A stretch of 64,000 bases of DNA from a virus (IMGVR_UViG_3300026533_000003:37772-101771), one strand, 5' to 3'. Shown: positions 36,500 to 46,068, counted from the first letter of the stretch. A program made the numbers and translations. The notes: generated by a model not told the origin, from the sequence alone.

Positions 36500-36823
36500 T
36501 TAAACTTTACCTGCTACTGTGTCCATTTGGCATGTCAGGCAGTAGTAGTATTCTATACGTGAACCTATACGTAAGCTAATGTTGCTATGTGAGTACACTA
36601 ACACACCTATACCACAGCGAGGACAAGTATCGGTTTGTGCACCCAACTTAAGGTCTTCCCAGCGGGATACACGTATTACAGACGGCTCTTCAGATGGAGC
36701 ATGTTTCTGTTTTTGTTCTTCTGCCTTGTCAAATTCAATGCCTACTTTGTTGATGTTTACTATTACTATAGCACCGCCTATCACTAAGGCTAGTATACCT
36801 ATTACGAATACGAGTGTTGTCAT
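36500..36823 (-). CDS. membrane-anchored Zn-ribbon protein
   Basis: N-terminal TM helix; 'CPRCG...CLTCQ'. Confidence 0.3.
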   Translation of the reverse strand: MTTLVFVIGILALVIGGAIVIVNINKVGIEFDKAEEQKQKHAPSEEPSVIRVSRWEDLKLGAQTDTCPRCGIGVLVYSHSNISLRIGSRIEYYYCLTCQMDTVAGKV

Positions 36824-36974
36824 ATTAGTTCTCCTTTATTAATGTATGTAGTATTTATGCAGTCCTGCCCAGGTAGCAATTACTCCTGAATGCAGTACTA
36901 CTTCATACTTTCCGACTAGTTTTATGTAGTCTTTTTCACCTGAGTATCTGCATACTACTAGGTCTTCCGGCTCA

Positions 36975-37361
36975 TTAGGCATTAAGATTTTTTAAGAGTT
37001 GAATAAATTGTAGCGGTGCTATGTTGTCCCAGTAGGCATCATCCTCATCTACGTAAATGCCAGTAGATACTTCAGCTTTAAACCTGCATATTCCGTAGTA
37101 CTCAAGCTTACTGTCTGTATCCCACAGTACTACGAATTCACCTGCTGTAGGTTTCCACAGCTTAAAGTCTCGTATCATGTGGGCATACCCGGATATGTCA
37201 GTCATTAAAGCTGTGCCCTCAATATCAGTAACTCTTGATATCTTACCGTCGTCCCTCGCCATGTGCCCGTCTCTTCCGGTGTACACTACCCAGTCACCTA
37301 CTTTAAAGCGGGAGTGAGGCTTGGGCTTGTTATCGTCTATATATTGCTGGTGGTTGTACAT
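36975..37361 (-). CDS. hypothetical protein
   Basis: 128-aa ORF. Confidence 0.25.
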   Translation of the reverse strand: MYNHQQYIDDNKPKPHSRFKVGDWVVYTGRDGHMARDDGKISRVTDIEGTALMTDISGYAHMIRDFKLWKPTAGEFVVLWDTDSKLEYYGICRFKAEVSTGIYVDEDDAYWDNIAPLQFIQLLKNLNA

Positions 37362-37363
37362 AG

Positions 37364-37774
37364 TTAGTCCTTTGCAGGCAGTTCAAATGAACGGCCCGTT
37401 TTAATCCAAGACTCATCAACTGGTTTATTTGCTCTTTTACCGATCAAAGTACCCATAGGTGCTATATACTCGTAATATGTTTCCATTTTAGGTTCTGCTT
37501 TAACTCTGTATTCAGTATCTAAATTCCATTCAGTAACTTCTCCATAAGTCCAGTCCATATCTACAGCATATCTATACTCAAACTTAGTCTCAGGGTCATC
37601 TACTTGTAGCTTACGGAGGACTGAGTGCCAATCGTCTACTATGTACACAACATCTTCATTCCAGTCTGGTTTACTTCTGAGTACCCATTCTGAGTTATTG
37701 TGTGAATACCAAACTCCAGTTCCTTCAGGACTCTCAGCCCATCTAATCATTTCTTCTTTGTGTGTACGATTCAT
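37364..37774 (-). CDS. hypothetical protein
   Basis: 136-aa ORF. Confidence 0.25.
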   Translation of the reverse strand: MNRTHKEEMIRWAESPEGTGVWYSHNNSEWVLRSKPDWNEDVVYIVDDWHSVLRKLQVDDPETKFEYRYAVDMDWTYGEVTEWNLDTEYRVKAEPKMETYYEYIAPMGTLIGKRANKPVDESWIKTGRSFELPAKD

Positions 37775-38136
37775 TATTTACTGCTTATTACTACTGTTAT
37801 GTCTTTCTGTTTAGTTACTGCACCTGATAAGATGTCTACACCTACACCCACGAACCCACCTATAATGATGTTACCTAGGAACCAAGGGTTGAAGGTACGG
37901 CCTACATCCCCTTTAGATCCATTGCAGTCCACTGTGTAGTTGTTATGCCAGTAGTTTGATACTGATACCTCGTAAGGAGTCTCGTCTCCTCTTACTCTTT
38001 TACTGTCTCTGTATAGCGTACAGCTAGCTCCTGAAGGGTTACTGTCTATAGTAATATCACTATGACCACCTACAATTGTGCTGCATCCACTAAATAGCAT
38101 CGCTGCTAATAGTGTTACTGTTGATATCTTTTTCAT
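37774..38136 (-). CDS. lipoprotein
   Basis: Signal peptide plus lipobox 'LFSGCST'; 120 aa. Confidence 0.4.
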   Translation of the reverse strand: MKKISTVTLLAAMLFSGCSTIVGGHSDITIDSNPSGASCTLYRDSKRVRGDETPYEVSVSNYWHNNYTVDCNGSKGDVGRTFNPWFLGNIIIGGFVGVGVDILSGAVTKQKDITVVISSK

Positions 38137-38298
38137 TTTGATCCCTTTTGTTTTTCCCAGTTAGCACAGTAGAAGGTTGGACCTACTAGTGCTAAGTGGT
38201 TAGTGTCTGCTTGGCAGATCTTTAGTGTTGGTACTTTATGGGATTTAACCCAGAACTTACAGTTGCTGCATTGGTTTTTCATAATTAGCCTTTAATGG

Positions 38299-38697
38299 TT
38301 AGAATGGTATGTATATTTGTAGGTTGGTTACTAGGTAGTTTGATACTACTTTTACGTAGCCTACTTGCAGTCCTACAGTCGGTATTACGGTTTCTTCTGT
38401 CGAGTAGCCAGATGCTATTGATAGTGCTGATGATAGTGTTATAAGGTCGGTTACATGGTAATTGTAGCCTATACCGGTTATAAGAGAGGCTTTACTATAG
38501 GAATTATAATAAGCACCTACATGGGTTTCAATATTATTACTAAACTCGTGCTCGTAGCCAACACCATAAGTTAGAGAGTTAAACTTATTGTTTGGGTCTA
38601 CTGAGTGGTACGATGGCAACATTATTATTATGCTATCAGATGCTAGTGATGTTGTTGCTAGTATGGCTGCTAGTATTAGATGGCGCATTGGTTTCAC
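38299..38697 (-). CDS. small outer-membrane beta-barrel protein (OmpX/Ail/Lom-like)
   Basis: Signal peptide, alternating aromatic/hydrophobic beta-strand pattern, and a C-terminal 'IYIPF' ending in Phe. Confidence 0.4.
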   Translation of the reverse strand: MKPMRHLILAAILATTSLASDSIIIMLPSYHSVDPNNKFNSLTYGVGYEHEFSNNIETHVGAYYNSYSKASLITGIGYNYHVTDLITLSSALSIASGYSTEETVIPTVGLQVGYVKVVSNYLVTNLQIYIPF

Positions 38698-38959
38698 CTT
38701 TTAGTGCTATTAGGAAGCTATAAGCCTCGGCTGATGTTTTAGTAGCTACATCTTTAAAGCGTATGTACAGTACCCTTCTTGGAGACTCGATAAAAGGCTT
38801 ACCGTTAGCGTATATACACTCTAAGTCCTCTTTAGTTACTTTTAGTACAGTGAACTTAACGTCTTTAGTTACATTATCCTTACGTAGGTAGATAGAGTAT
38901 GTCCCATTGAATGAGGCCGGTGTTAACGTTATTACATCACCATCTTTAAAGTCTTGCAT
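38636..38959 (-). CDS. hypothetical protein
   Basis: 107-aa ORF. Confidence 0.25.
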   Translation of the reverse strand: MQDFKDGDVITLTPASFNGTYSIYLRKDNVTKDVKFTVLKVTKEDLECIYANGKPFIESPRRVLYIRFKDVATKTSAEAYSFLIALKGETNAPSNTSSHTSNNITSI

Positions 38960-39095
38960 TATTTGCTCCTTACTCTATATAGGCACCTTGATGCTTATAA
39001 TTGAATATCCACACCCGTTATGTTATAGTCTCTCCGGGTTCTCGACTTGCTTTGGAATATAGGTTGCTACGTTTATACTCCAGCTTGAGTGGTTA

Positions 39096-39347
39096 CTATA
39101 CTAGTGCTATAGCGTCTACTGGTACCCAGCCACACCCAAGATCACTAGCCCAACCATCATTAACTGCTTGTTTAACATCTTCAGATGATGGTGCATCTAT
39201 ATTTAATCTATAAGGTAGCTCATTATCACTAGTGTCTACGGCTACTACAGTATAGGTATTGCCAACTTTGGTTTTATTACCTGTTTCATCATCTATTGTA
39301 ACTGCTCTCAGAGCTGTAACTAAAGATCCTACTTCTATCACTTTCAT
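39096..39347 (-). CDS. hypothetical protein
   Basis: 83-aa ORF. Confidence 0.25.
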   Translation of the reverse strand: MKVIEVGSLVTALRAVTIDDETGNKTKVGNTYTVVAVDTSDNELPYRLNIDAPSSEDVKQAVNDGWASDLGCGWVPVDAIALV

Positions 39348-39520
39348 TGTGTTTCCTCACGTTTTTTTTTAAAGAACTTTAGTAGTTCTATGGTTACTCT
39401 TGCTGCTTCTGCCTCGTGGGCTGCAGTTGCGGTTGCTAGGTTGTTAATGTCGTCTATAGTTACTGGTTTAGTTATTGCTATCGTCATCTCTAGGATTTCG
39501 GCATCGGTCATTGGTAGCTC

Positions 39521-40336
39521 CTATTGAGCTGCTTCTTGGAAGCTTAACTCAGGGTAGACTTCATTCTCAAACTTCTCGATACGGGCTGTTAGTAAGTGGT
39601 TGGCTTTCTCTGAGGCTAGGTACTCTGCCATTGATGGAGCGGCATCACGAAAGTCTGCTAAGAACCGTAAGGCTGCAATGTTTTCTGATTTATGCACTAC
39701 GGTTGCAATTACTTTGTAGAATACTTCCCAGTCTTCAATACGGTCGAATGCATCAGCCATCTTCTCAGTGAATTCGGTACGGCCTTCAGTTGATACTTTG
39801 GCTGCTTGGTATATATCGTCTTCAGACATATCAAAGGTATCGGCTAGCCAGTCGTGAAGAGCTTTCTTCTTCATGGCTTCTACTGAGATAGCGGCTGAGG
39901 ACATCTTCTTAGGTAAGGTGCCAGTGTCTTCTGCTGCTTTACGGAGGTTGTCTGCTGTGAACTTTCCATACTTAGCTACACACACGTCTAGGAGAGCCAT
40001 AGCGTCATCTTCTGCGTCAGGTATGTACTCACTCGCTGAGAGGGAGATCGCAACGTAGAACTTAGCTTTGATAGCCTCTAGCACTGGTCTCTTCTGTAGG
40101 TAGCTGATGTATAGGTTTGCTGTTTCTACTGCATAGCCTAGGTCCGCTACTGATTGAGCATAGCCGTCGGGTGATAGGTTTGTTTTTAAAAGGAAGAATA
40201 CTGAACCTTTACCGAAGAACATAAGTTCCTTGCTGAATGCATCGGTACGTTCTAATTGGTCTCTCGCCCAGTCTGTGTCTACGGCAGTACCGTCTTCTGG
40301 GAGTAGTACTCCTGTATCTATTTCTTTAGTGCTCAT
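39521..40336 (-). CDS. hypothetical acidic protein
   Basis: 271-aa ORF. Confidence 0.3.
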   Translation of the reverse strand: MSTKEIDTGVLLPEDGTAVDTDWARDQLERTDAFSKELMFFGKGSVFFLLKTNLSPDGYAQSVADLGYAVETANLYISYLQKRPVLEAIKAKFYVAISLSASEYIPDAEDDAMALLDVCVAKYGKFTADNLRKAAEDTGTLPKKMSSAAISVEAMKKKALHDWLADTFDMSEDDIYQAAKVSTEGRTEFTEKMADAFDRIEDWEVFYKVIATVVHKSENIAALRFLADFRDAAPSMAEYLASEKANHLLTARIEKFENEVYPELSFQEAAQ

Positions 40337-40599
40337 TTGGTGTCCTTTATAGTTTGGTATAGTAGTGTTTTTATTGTTCTTTCGGATAGTCCTGTTGCGG
40401 CTATTGCTGCTTTTAGGAATAGTTTGTAACTTGGTGAAGCTTCTCTAGCTTCCTTCAGGGTTAATGCCTTGGCTTCTTGGATTGAGCTGTAGTCGAATGG
40501 ATTGACGTTGTAGCTTTTTCCTTTTATGTAGAAGTACAAAGAGCCATAGGTAAGTTCCTTAGCTGGGAACCATGGTGCCTTGCGGCTGTCTTTAGGCAC
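40333..40599 (-). CDS. hypothetical protein
   Basis: 88-aa ORF. Confidence 0.25.
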   Translation of the reverse strand: MPKDSRKAPWFPAKELTYGSLYFYIKGKSYNVNPFDYSSIQEAKALTLKEAREASPSYKLFLKAAIAATGLSERTIKTLLYQTIKDTK

Positions 40600-40603
40600 A
40601 GGG

Positions 40604-41176
40604 CTAAGCTACTGCTTTATAGGTAGTTGACTCTGGTGCTGACATGTTGAATAAGGCTTCCCATCTAGCTATAGTGTTAGTACTCTTAGGTAGTACTACT
40701 TTAGTTACGTCCCCAGTAATGTGGTTGATTTGGACTAGGGCCGGGCCTTCCATTGCCGCTAGCTTAGTTGCTGCTGATGATCTAATGATATGGGCTTTAT
40801 GAGGATTAAATAGTACACTTATCTTCTTGATTATAAAACTGTAGTCATTATTGTATGTACCTACCCCGCCAAATGCTTTAGCACGGTAAGGTCTGAAGTG
40901 ACGAGATGACAGTATCTCCATTGCGATTGAATGAGGAGACTTAGCTCCAAATATAGATACTGCTGTCTCCACTGCTATACGGTGGTCCTCGTAAGTTACT
41001 TTAGTGTTATCTTTGGCTACGTCTCGTGCCTGTCTGGCTACTTCATCTTTATCGTACCAGAATACTCTTCTATCCCACCATGTAATGGTTTCTTCGAACT
41101 TGCGTTGAGGTCTAGTAGCTACGGTGTTTTTAAAGAATGCTTCTAGTTGCATGTCTCTTTCAGTTATTTCTCTCAT
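40604..41176 (-). CDS. hypothetical protein
   Basis: 190-aa ORF. Confidence 0.3.
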   Translation of the reverse strand: MREITERDMQLEAFFKNTVATRPQRKFEETITWWDRRVFWYDKDEVARQARDVAKDNTKVTYEDHRIAVETAVSIFGAKSPHSIAMEILSSRHFRPYRAKAFGGVGTYNNDYSFIIKKISVLFNPHKAHIIRSSAATKLAAMEGPALVQINHITGDVTKVVLPKSTNTIARWEALFNMSAPESTTYKAVA

Positions 41177-41451
41177 TACTTATCTCCTATATAGATGAAG
41201 TTTATACCGCTTGATTTATATTTACGGTTTATTAAAGCTACGTAAGTTAATACACACTCGTCTGAGGTGCATATAACATAGCCTTTAGGGTTGAAGAACA
41301 CATTATGCTCTATAGGGTGGTTAGGTGGTAGGATTACGTAGTCCTCGGTTGATATGGTTACCAGTCCGGTTACGTCTTCTTGGTCTATTTGTATTATGTT
41401 ACGAGCTGACAGTGTTGCTACTAGTAGCGTTGCAAGTAGTAGCTTTAGCAT
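41176..41451 (-). CDS. secreted small protein
   Basis: N-terminal signal peptide 'MLKLLLATLLVATLSA'. Confidence 0.3.
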   Translation of the reverse strand: MLKLLLATLLVATLSARNIIQIDQEDVTGLVTISTEDYVILPPNHPIEHNVFFNPKGYVICTSDECVLTYVALINRKYKSSGINFIYIGDK

Positions 41452-41738
41452 TAGTAGTCCCTCACGTCATAAGCTGGTGGTGGTGTTACTGGTGGTAATA
41501 CCTCTAGTGAAGTGTCAGTGTTTAGGGTTGGTAGTTCTTGAATGAATAGAGAGATACCGGTCTCGGCATTGTAATACTCTGTTTCTCCAGAGGAGTAGGT
41601 TGTTACATCTATATCACTTACCTGGTTTTCAGTGTAGATTATAATTGACTCACTTGCCAGGGCTAGTACCGTTATTAGTAACATTGCTAATGTTTTCATT
41701 GGCTTACCAACTCTAGTTGCTCTGATGTAAATAACCAC
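41451..41738 (-). CDS. secreted small protein
   Basis: Signal peptide 'MKTLAMLLITVLALA'. Confidence 0.3.
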   Translation of the reverse strand: MVIYIRATRVGKPMKTLAMLLITVLALASESIIIYTENQVSDIDVTTYSSGETEYYNAETGISLFIQELPTLNTDTSLEVLPPVTPPPAYDVRDY

Positions 41739-41899
41739 CAGTCACTGTTGTCTCTTGTGTATACTTCAAATTTATAACCGTCTGCACGGTGTGCTGAGGT
41801 ATGTCTAACTGTACAGATCTCACCTACCTTAAAGTCTTCTGCTATTACTTCATCCATTGCTAGTATTTTAACTAGACTGCCTTCTTTAATTGCTGTCAT
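41696..41899 (-). CDS. hypothetical protein
   Basis: 67-aa ORF. Confidence 0.2.
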   Translation of the reverse strand: MTAIKEGSLVKILAMDEVIAEDFKVGEICTVRHTSAHRADGYKFEVYTRDNSDWWLFTSEQLELVSQ

Positions 41900-42287
41900 T
41901 GGTGTGTCCTTTTTGTTAAGTACCTATAAGGTCTATTAAGCCCTCTGATATATGAATAAAATATACGTAGGAGGTATGAGTTGCTTTGAAAATCCCTGAG
42001 GAGGCAGGGTTTAAGGAATTCAGAGGACTTAATAGGCGTTATAGTGGTTGCAGGTCTTCAGGTATCTAGGCAAGGAAGCAACCTCCATCCATGGAGAGTA
42101 TTCTAGAACTGAGAGGACCTGGTGTTGGCATAAGTGGTATGCGAGTGGTTTAATGTCGTTTAGACTGGTGGTAGTTTAATGTCTGCCGAGACAATAGCTG
42201 GTTATAGGTGGTTATCTATATCAGCAGGGTCTATTGGATTTTCGTTAATCCACATTGTGTATTCCTTGTTGGAGAGGTAGTCTAAGA

Positions 42288-42608
42288 CTAGAACTCCGAG
42301 ATGTCTTTAGCTTCAAGAACTTCACCGAGATCGGCTACAGTTAGTTCTACTAAGTTGTTGTTGTACATAGTTGGCAATTGAGCAATAGCTGCTTCTGCAG
42401 GGATATCTTCAACTCTTTGAACTCCAAATACCTCACGAGCCATAGTGTCTGTGATGTTTAAGAAACCAGCATGTTTGCCAGATTTGATTGAGTGGAATGA
42501 TGCTGAGAATTGCATTTTACTTTTGCTTTTTGTTGTTGTGTTTTTCTCGAATGCCATTAATGTCCTTTGCCGCTTGGGTCTTTTTAGATTAGTGCCAGTT
42601 AGAGTCAA
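42288..42608 (-). CDS. small protein, paralog family 2 (probable start at internal 'MAFEKN')
   Basis: Paralogous to 46102..46374 and 47261..47512: shared pattern MAF.K..T...F......G..AGF.N..D.MAR..FGV..V.D...A...LP......E......DI..F. Confidence 0.4.
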   Translation of the reverse strand: MTLTGTNLKRPKRQRTLMAFEKNTTTKSKSKMQFSASFHSIKSGKHAGFLNITDTMAREVFGVQRVEDIPAEAAIAQLPTMYNNNLVELTVADLGEVLEAKDISEF

Positions 42609-42613
42609 GGTGA

Positions 42614-43033
42614 CTATGGTCTATATTGTCGCAGGAGTAAGTAAGGTTCTTCTTTATGATGTTGGTGGATCTCTTTATGGCATGGCTGACATACCGTTAC
42701 TAGATCCTCTAGAGTCTCGTGGTACAGTGTGTTGTAATGTAGATGATGCACATTTAAATTACTTGTTGCCCCACATTGCTTACACCGGTAGCCGTCACGC
42801 TTACGCGTTAGTAATGATAGCTCTCGCCATTCCTCAGACAAAATGTATGCGCGGTGGCTGACGTGGTACTTCTTCAAGGCTGGCCACTCTTTCATGGTGG
42901 TGCCTTCCAGCTTCTCATCTGCAAAGTCCTCGTAGAACTGATCAGGGTCTTCATAGTCCCCTGGTAATGGATGTTTGTCAGTGAATGCCCATATTATAAA
43001 CCATATTGCGACCACTGTTAATGCTGTTTCCAT
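42614..43033 (-). CDS. small HNH nuclease with N-terminal TM helix
   Basis: 'CKQCGATSNLNVHHLHYNTL....CQPCHKEIH'. Confidence 0.5.
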   Translation of the reverse strand: METALTVVAIWFIIWAFTDKHPLPGDYEDPDQFYEDFADEKLEGTTMKEWPALKKYHVSHRAYILSEEWRELSLLTRKRDGYRCKQCGATSNLNVHHLHYNTLYHETLEDLVTVCQPCHKEIHQHHKEEPYLLLRQYRP

Positions 43034-43206
43034 TACTTTCTTCTAGCTTTAACCAGAGCAAGTGTCTCACTTAAGATAATGATAGTTGCATCCAGTGTGT
43101 TGTAGATAGGTACAAAAGCTAGAAAAGTAGATACTGCTGGGGCATCTCCCCTGTATGATTGGTGTGCCAGTGCAATAATTATTGATACGGTGTAGATTGT
43201 TAGCAT
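43033..43206 (-). CDS. small membrane protein (hand-called, 57 aa)
   Basis: MLTIYTVSIIIALAHQS...; its stop overlaps the next ATG. Confidence 0.2.
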   Translation of the reverse strand: MLTIYTVSIIIALAHQSYRGDAPAVSTFLAFVPIYNTLDATIIILSETLALVKARRK

Positions 43207-43458
43207 TATTATTCCTTATTTTTTGTTATCGTAAGACTAATTAAGTTTTACTTTCTTCTGCTCAGTACCTTTCTTCTTATAAATTTTTAAGATGATACAG
43301 TTACTCAATTATTTATCCATAAGATTAATCGAGGAGATAAACTGCTCCTTGCTCCGCTCTAGCCTCGCAGAGACCCAGCGGTAGCGATTATATATGTAGG
43401 GCGACGAAGGAGCATACCTTTTAGAGAAAAAATAAGTACCACCCGAAGGTGGTTGAGG

Positions 43459-44217
43459 TTAGCAGATGTGGTAGGTAGCTTGGTGAGTGTTGCGGACAAA
43501 CTCGGTCACATCTATGCCGAAGTCTTGCTGGCAGAAGTCCTCTAGTATTCTAGATTCGGCTAGGATACGGATTGCTTCTATGTATAGCTCTTGCACTCTC
43601 TCAACATTGTTGGGGTGAGTATCGAATTGGTCGTGGATATGAGTTACTATGAAGCCCTCTTTATGGGCTTTAGTGATTACATAGCGAACTATCCAAGCAT
43701 CTTGTGCATGAATAAAGTTTGGAGCTAGCGAGGTTGCTACTTCTGAAGTACCCACTTCGTTATAGATGTATGGTAACTCTAACCCCTCTACTGCTAGAGT
43801 CCCCTCTATTTTGTTTATTACTGGAATGTAGCTCACATGCCCGTCAAGGCATTTAAATGTGTGGAAGGTAGCTGAGGTATCCCAACGGTCGTTTAGGGCT
43901 TCTAGGGTATTCATAGCACCTGGGAAGAGGACTGATAGAGTTTCATAGAAAGCTTCTAGTTCCGGAGTGTCTTCTCCGAATGCTGAGATTGGCTGGTTAC
44001 GGCTATTGTAGAATGCTGTCATAGTTGGTTTCTTACAGTAAGCTCTAATCTCGCTAAAGCTCTTACCTACAAATATCTCTGAGTTTGGGACTAGAGTTAT
44101 TATGTGTTGAGCAATTAGAGTGTATGGGTCGGCACGGTCCACTTTAGTAGTGTAGTTGTCACGGTTAGCTCTTAGGGCTCTGATTTCTGCTAGTATTATT
44201 TTCTTAGTTCTTCTCAT
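43459..44217 (-). CDS. T7-like single-subunit RNA polymerase, C-terminal fragment
   Basis: 'LAPNFIHAQDAWIVRYVITKAHKEGFIVTHIHDQFDT' aligns to T7 'IAPNFVHSQDGSHLRKTVVWAHEKYGIESFALIHDSFGT' (motif C). 'KKPTMTAFYNS' aligns to 'KRSVMTLAYGS'. Preceded by the RBS CCGTAGGAGG. Confidence 0.8.
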   Translation of the reverse strand: MRRTKKIILAEIRALRANRDNYTTKVDRADPYTLIAQHIITLVPNSEIFVGKSFSEIRAYCKKPTMTAFYNSRNQPISAFGEDTPELEAFYETLSVLFPGAMNTLEALNDRWDTSATFHTFKCLDGHVSYIPVINKIEGTLAVEGLELPYIYNEVGTSEVATSLAPNFIHAQDAWIVRYVITKAHKEGFIVTHIHDQFDTHPNNVERVQELYIEAIRILAESRILEDFCQQDFGIDVTEFVRNTHQATYHIC

Positions 44218-44234
44218 TTGTTCCTCCTACGGAA

Positions 44235-44498
44235 TTATTTGTTACGGTTTAAGTTATAAAGGAATATAACTGCCTCTGCGGTTATTTGTGTTACTGGTTC
44301 CTTCTTAGGGTTGTGACAGTTATCACTACTGTATAGTATTTCTGTGCCTCTTAAGACTAAGTAAGGTTCGGTGGTATGTTTATAGGTAGTTTCTCCTTCT
44401 ACCCAGTGATACCCTTCCTCGAAGGCTATATCTTGTATGACGAGTGAAGTGTCAGGAGTTACCTTAATCATACTATTGTTAGTTAGCACTTTAGGCAT
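44235..44498 (-). CDS. ssRNAP internal fragment (87 aa, shifted frame)
   Basis: Lies between two RNAP fragments in a different frame; 'VLTNNSMIKVTPDTSLVIQ' aligns loosely to T7 'INGTDNEVVTVTDENTGEI'. Its start overlaps the upstream stop (ATGCCTAA). Confidence 0.5.
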   Translation of the reverse strand: MPKVLTNNSMIKVTPDTSLVIQDIAFEEGYHWVEGETTYKHTTEPYLVLRGTEILYSSDNCHNPKKEPVTQITAEAVIFLYNLNRNK

Positions 44499-45303
44499 TT
44501 GCTAGTTCTCTTTCAAGTTCTAGTATTTTCTCATTTGCTTCATCAGTCATCTCACGAATGATATGCGGGTTGACATTAGAATTAGCCCCTCCTACTGTAC
44601 ACCCTGCCATCGCTGACATTAGTTGAATTCCCGAAGCTGTGGCATCGAAGCCGACACGGTGATTAATAGGTTTACACAATATTACACCATTGTTATAGGC
44701 TAGTATTGCTTTGATGAATAGTTCTTGGTCATCGGCTCTATGAGCTTCAGCTAGCATTTGAGTTTCATCAAGAGTCCCATTAAGGAATATATTCTTGATT
44801 AAGCGGTTGGCTCTAGTTATTCTTTCGAAATAAGTTAGCTTATCGTAGCCGTAAGTGTTTGCTATATCTAACTTAAGGTATTTGATGCCTTTAGTAGTTA
44901 GTTCCTCACTGTGTTTGTAGCTGAGCATAGCTTTGCGGTAGGCATTGCCTTGAGGATTACAATGGTACCCCTGGCTATAGCTACGGCCTCTTTTATCGTA
45001 TTTCCACCCGAAGAAGAAGCTGTTGTTGTTCTCTAGTAGGTAATCTATTACTACATCAGTTTCTCGTTGTAGGTGGATGAAGCCTTTCTCTCTCTCTGAT
45101 ACCTCTAGCGGAGTTAAGTCCTCTGAGGGTGCCTTTAGAGTGTCTTTAATGTATGGTAGAATTTCTTCATCAATTTCCCACTCTACTGCTTGAAGAATGT
45201 TTAGGAAGTCAGTGTTGATGTGTTGACCTTTGTCGTTGCCTTTACCGAGTATTGGGCTGTCGTTTTCTTTTGTTAATAGGTGGCTAGTGATTTTCTTATT
45301 CAT
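44491..45303 (-). CDS. ssRNAP middle fragment
   Basis: 'WKYDKRGRSYSQGYHCNPQGNAYRKAML' aligns to T7 'DWRGRVYAVSMFNPQGNDMTKGLL'. 'FDATASGIQLMSAMAGCTVGGANSNVNP' aligns to '[28 protein letters not shown]'. Confidence 0.8.
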   Translation of the reverse strand: MNKKITSHLLTKENDSPILGKGNDKGQHINTDFLNILQAVEWEIDEEILPYIKDTLKAPSEDLTPLEVSEREKGFIHLQRETDVVIDYLLENNNSFFFGWKYDKRGRSYSQGYHCNPQGNAYRKAMLSYKHSEELTTKGIKYLKLDIANTYGYDKLTYFERITRANRLIKNIFLNGTLDETQMLAEAHRADDQELFIKAILAYNNGVILCKPINHRVGFDATASGIQLMSAMAGCTVGGANSNVNPHIIREMTDEANEKILELERELANA

Positions 45304-45304
45304 A

Positions 45305-45451
45305 TTATTTCCTTTTATTTAGCTTGGGTTTACGGTTGAACTTGTATCTATTTAAGATAGCTTGTCCCTCAGCTGGTGTTGTTGCCTTTTGCATTAGAGC
45401 TAGGATTTCATCTAGGTCTTCTGCTTTTAGGTGTGGGTTTAGAGTCTTCAT
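45305..45451 (-). CDS. small ORF between RNAP fragments (48 aa; possibly part of RNAP)
   Basis: Own RBS AACCGTAGGAGGTTAAATG; its stop overlaps the next fragment's start. Confidence 0.3.
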   Translation of the reverse strand: MKTLNPHLKAEDLDEILALMQKATTPAEGQAILNRYKFNRKPKLNKRK

Positions 45452-45465
45452 TTAACCTCCTACGG

Positions 45466-46068
45466 TTATCTTGGAGAGTAGTCCATTGGCTGGATTAAGA
45501 GAGGCGGTAAGTACTTCGTAGCACGAATAGCTGAGTAGAGCTCTAGTGATACTTCCATAGTTGGTACCACTACTGCAGAGTCGCCATGCACTTCTATATG
45601 GCCGTTACGGTTAACTGCACGGTCTTCCTCTTTAACTACACGAACATCAAAGATGCCTATGTGTTGGAATGCTGATAGGAGCTGGATACCTGTAGTTACA
45701 GCATCTATCTGGTCGTAGTGGAGCTTATTACCTATTTGTGTACCTATTGCTTGTATAGGAGCTACACCTGGTAAGGCTACCTCTTTACCACCACGGATTA
45801 CTAAGTCTGGGCGGATTAGGATTATAGCTTCTAGGATTGAATCTACGATGAGTTGCTTTGCCTCATGTAGCCCGTAGTTAGATTGAATCTCTTTAATGCG
45901 AGCTTCGTCCTCTAAGTCGGTACGGTCTTTAGTAAGGAAGTCCTCTGCAACTTGTAGTGCTAGGTCTATATCGTCTTGGTCTATACCTTTGATGAACTCT
46001 TTTGTCCACTCTGCTATATTGTGCTTACCCCACACTGCTTCTGCTAATAATTGGCTATTATAACTCAT
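45466..46068 (-). CDS. ssRNAP N-terminal domain fragment
   Basis: 'TMEVSLELYSAIRATKYLPPLLIQPMDYSP' aligns to T7 'TIELAPEYAEAIATRAGALAGISPMFQPCVVPP'. Terminated by a stop followed by a strong RBS. Confidence 0.7.
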   Translation of the reverse strand: MSYNSQLLAEAVWGKHNIAEWTKEFIKGIDQDDIDLALQVAEDFLTKDRTDLEDEARIKEIQSNYGLHEAKQLIVDSILEAIILIRPDLVIRGGKEVALPGVAPIQAIGTQIGNKLHYDQIDAVTTGIQLLSAFQHIGIFDVRVVKEEDRAVNRNGHIEVHGDSAVVVPTMEVSLELYSAIRATKYLPPLLIQPMDYSPR

